Positions 62,601 to 64,000 of a stretch of 64,000 nt of DNA are shown in pieces. How positions within the stretch are numbered: the first letter of the stretch is position 1; every line of letters starts with the position of its first letter. The notes below the pieces were generated by a model. The model had not been told where the DNA came from. It saw only the letters and a list, made by a program, of their open reading frames with translations, and did not search any database. The stretch comes from Elusimicrobia bacterium GWA2_66_18 (GTDB lineage: Bacteria > Elusimicrobiota > Elusimicrobia > UBA1565 > UBA9628): positions 157,591-221,590 of the forward strand of contig MGTX01000004.1 in NCBI GenBank assembly GCA_001799675.1. Reading direction: 5' to 3'. The translations under genes were made by a program, and so were the position numbers.

Positions 62601-64000
62601 AACGATGCATATGTTTTGAGCACACAAACAACTACGATTAAGGCGAATATCGATTCATTGCTGGCAAATAATACATATAAGCAAAAGATATCCGGCATAA
62701 CTTGGGATTGGGAATACAGTGATACCAATGCTATCGACAATGTTCTGGCATCGGCAGTGCTCAAGGATGTTTATGAATACGCCCATAGCAAGGGCTTGCT
62801 CTTCGGTTTGACCGTCCAATCAGGAAACAGGAGTCTCTACAATGCCGGCTTAGTCAAGGGAATTTACACCAATAGCACGGATATGCAAGAAGACTTGGCA
62901 AAGATTAAAAACTATTCGGATTTTTTTATGCCGATGGAGTATGCCCAGTGGTTTGGAGGAGACCCCGGCAATTCCTGCCTTACGGATCCCAATGGGCCGG
63001 AGGCCTGCTGGAATCAAAGAAAAATAAGAATAAATAATGATCTGGCAAAATTCGAAAACATGGGCATCCCCGTTATTGCTTTATCGACCATAAAAACGAC
63101 AGCCACCGAGCCGGTCGAAAGATTATCCGCCTGCCAGATGTATGATGCCTACAAGAACGTTCTTTACTCCACCTATACCGCCACCGCCCGCGGTTTCGCC
63201 GTCTGGAATCCAAAATACTTAAATAATTATTATATGGCCGTTTTTAATGAAATAAATAACAGCAATCCTTATAAGAGCTCAACTTGCCCAGTCGACAACG
63301 CGGCGCCCGTCATCAACTCCGCGGCCGCCGCGGCGATCTCGAGCAGCGCGGCGAGCGTCGGCTGGACGACGAACGAGCCGGGCGATACGCAGGTGGAGTA
63401 CGGGACCTCGTCGGCCTACGCGACGATGTACTCATCGATGACGGCGCTCAACGAGACGCTGGCGACGGCGCACAGCCAGGTCCTGTCGGGCCTGAGCGCG
63501 TCGACGCTCTATCATTTCCGTGTCCGGTCGTACGACGCGGCGGGCAATCTCGCGGTTTCGGAGGATTCGACTTTCACGACCGCGGCCGCGACCGATGTGA
63601 CGGCGCCGACGATGTCCTTGACCACGCCGACGGCGGGCGCCTTGGTTGCGGGCCCGGCGGTCGCGATCTCGGCCGAGGCCGCGGACGATATCGGCGTGAC
63701 GGGCGTGCAGTTTAAGCTTGACGGGGCCAATCTCGGCTTGGAAGATACGGCCCCCCCATACGGCGTCAACTGGAACACGAGGTCGGTCGCCGCCGGGGTC
63801 CATGTCCTGGCGGCCGTGGCGCGAGACGCCGCCGGCAACGCTTCGACTTCGACCGTGGTGAGCGTCACGGTCGATAACGCGCCGCCCATCATCAGCGCCG
63901 TGGCCGCCGCGGAGGTCTCGAGCGGCGCGGCGACGATTAGCTGGATCACCGATGAGGCCTCCAGTTCCCGGGTCGAATACGGAACCTCGACGGCTTATGG
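59625..64000 (+). CDS. 3'-open multidomain glycosidase-like surface protein (>1,450 aa), absent from the supplied ORF track
   Basis: Hand translation in the frame with codon starts divisible by 3 found no stop in the stretches I translated. The track lists no ORF in that frame after 59.6 kb, as expected for one ORF lacking a stop in the window. Candidate starts are ATG 59625, GTG 59646 and TTG 59703. Signal-like KILLSFLAALFLLSSDIIFAQE. Domain order is a GH114/GHL-like TIM barrel (PYDGVFFDNS), module A (..GVNWDWEN..FFMPMEYAQWFGG), Ig-like, FN3-like, module B (..GITWDWEY..FFMPMEYAQWFGG), FN3-like, Ig-like, FN3-like. Confidence 0.75.
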   Translation, partial: MPVWEGNVSWARKRRPDYYWAYSKILLSFLAALFLLSSDIIFAQETSQISTTSLFMHIGISTRQFSAEEMVRIANNYSILNIAKFHAQWDSARQQEDARYIKNKNNSIKINVYYSSSLMFWMDKSTTSNDNFKKYYNRERAGFKDDWLLRDKKGNVIYLDDANTAFVDLSNAQYREWAIGVISHWKQNTPYDGVFFDNSRPLGDYGKITTTSTISGWNVDWNVLISTNKVSDYNLGLNQLFIESKRAFESIIYNGIGRRNYTPSRNTDLLEYSDGTMNEGFCMWRQDASDGTGKDYRLWAPEEMLNDIGIMLSSSGAPHNKTILQKVNHSGSTALYNSDQAAIINAKQIKRYCLGSFLLGHRPGYTFFKYGPDYGPRELSSDPKEIALDLGSPIDNKYAGVASDAYKREFENGIVYVNLSNDATAFISAPYPMTLMNGATETAQYDQGASVSVPPKDAFFFNWSHSALFLKNGSMGAWTSNVPFNNIVNDPMFGWQVFKSTDFIAYSAQYPSELANPARPIIINFSRAEDISDNGLDIRVEAIKKEMDALLANPAYKQKIRGVNWDWENDTGVSISTGLAASTLKKIYGYSHRRGLIFGITVQPGDISLSRVGIIDLAQVKSFSDFFMPMEYAQWFGGNACDKDAEGNFLTEQECFNRRKIRINKDLTKFSALRTSGVPVIVAANIKTLNSPIEKLSPCQIYDLYKNVLYSTFTPTVDGFAIWKLKELDKDYMTVFNSIKDGNPIKSSACPLPTVSLTAPTAGVSVSGSAVAVSADAADDVGVTGVQFKLDGANLGSEDKVAPYGVSWNTRSAAAGAHVLTAVARDAAGNASTSTAVSVTVDNTPPAISSAVATEITSNGASVGWTTSEPGDTQVEYGTSTAYGTMTTLNATPVTAHSQALSGLSAGTLYHFRARTRDAAGNLAVSEDQTLFLKSIGIWPGPAFKDNNPLINDLVFGWQVLGSSTFISYCGQYPSECSKTRPVMISYAPVARNDAYVLSTQTTTIKANIDSLLANNTYKQKISGITWDWEYSDTNAIDNVLASAVLKDVYEYAHSKGLLFGLTVQSGNRSLYNAGLVKGIYTNSTDMQEDLAKIKNYSDFFMPMEYAQWFGGDPGNSCLTDPNGPEACWNQRKIRINNDLAKFENMGIPVIALSTIKTTATEPVERLSACQMYDAYKNVLYSTYTATARGFAVWNPKYLNNYYMAVFNEINNSNPYKSSTCPVDNAAPVINSAAAAAISSSAASVGWTTNEPGDTQVEYGTSSAYATMYSSMTALNETLATAHSQVLSGLSASTLYHFRVRSYDAAGNLAVSEDSTFTTAAATDVTAPTMSLTTPTAGALVAGPAVAISAEAADDIGVTGVQFKLDGANLGLEDTAPPYGVNWNTRSVAAGVHVLAAVARDAAGNASTSTVVSVTVDNAPPIISAVAAAEVSSGAATISWITDEASSSRVEYGTSTAY
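61881..62415 (+). repeat. High-GC Ig-like + FN3-like coding module, copy 1
   Basis: VGVTGVQFKLDGANLGSEDKVAPYGVSWNTRSAAAGAHVLTAVARDAAGNASTSTAVSVTVDN followed by ASVGWTTSEPGDTQVEYGTSTAYG...LYHFRARTRDAAGNLAVSED. It is colinear with 63599-64000 at high nucleotide identity. Confidence 0.8.
63296..64000 (+). repeat. High-GC FN3-like, Ig-like, FN3-like coding modules (copies 2/3), cut by the window end
   Basis: ASVGWTTNEPGDTQVEYGTSSAYA...LYHFRVRSYDAAGNLAVSED, then IGVTGVQFKLDGANLGLEDTAPPYGVNWNTRSVAAGVHVLAAVARDAAGNASTSTVVSVTVDN, then ATISWITDEASSSRVEYGTSTAYG. Confidence 0.8.

Overview
This is a high-GC bacterial chromosomal segment; hand-counted stretches are about 65% GC over most of the window. 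Gene content looks diderm (lipoproteins, outer-membrane barrels, BON, Lgt). No taxon can be assigned from sequence alone, and an uncultivated lineage is plausible.

Layout:
- 1-1.8 kb: a tRNA-Lys/tRNA-Glu pair flanked by decayed mobile DNA. This comprises a 24-nt duplicate of part of tRNA-Lys, an ORF6N gene, a truncated tyrosine recombinase and a DUF4143 ATPase fragment.
- 1.8-27.3 kb: mostly housekeeping genes in tightly coupled operons. These include dapB, panB-hydrolase-panC, gdh, an rluD-like gene, two tandem lgt genes, ftsB, eno, a phosphohexomutase and cytochrome c. Exported proteins are interspersed: an HExxH protein, an SGNH-TPR protein, a lipoprotein caspase plus a BON protein, and a glycerate kinase fused in frame to a TPR protein.
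- 27.3-37.4 kb (minus strand): a ten-gene type IV filament operon. It holds a major pilin, a PilB/GspE ATPase, a PilC/GspF platform, two minor pilins and a PilX-like protein. A complete phosphorelay is embedded in it (hybrid HK-REC-Hpt, a membrane REC, a CheY-like protein and a NarL-type regulator). No secretin, PilMNOP, PilD or PilT is present.
- 37.6-54.8 kb (minus strand): a FecR-like protein, an OM barrel, a 3,542-aa surface protein with a T9SS-type C-terminal domain, a PorV-like barrel, and a 976-aa exported protein with an HD-like motif.
- 55-64 kb (plus strand): three glycosidase-like surface proteins. Two end in a near-identical Ig-like plus dockerin module. The third is a >1,450-aa ORF open at the window end, which is why it is missing from the supplied track. 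It alternates about 33-40% GC catalytic modules with about 65% GC Ig/FN3 modules.

Many long ORFs in the track are high-GC shadow ORFs or N-terminal over-extensions. I re-picked starts using signal peptides, lipoboxes and ATGA/GTGA start-stop overlaps.
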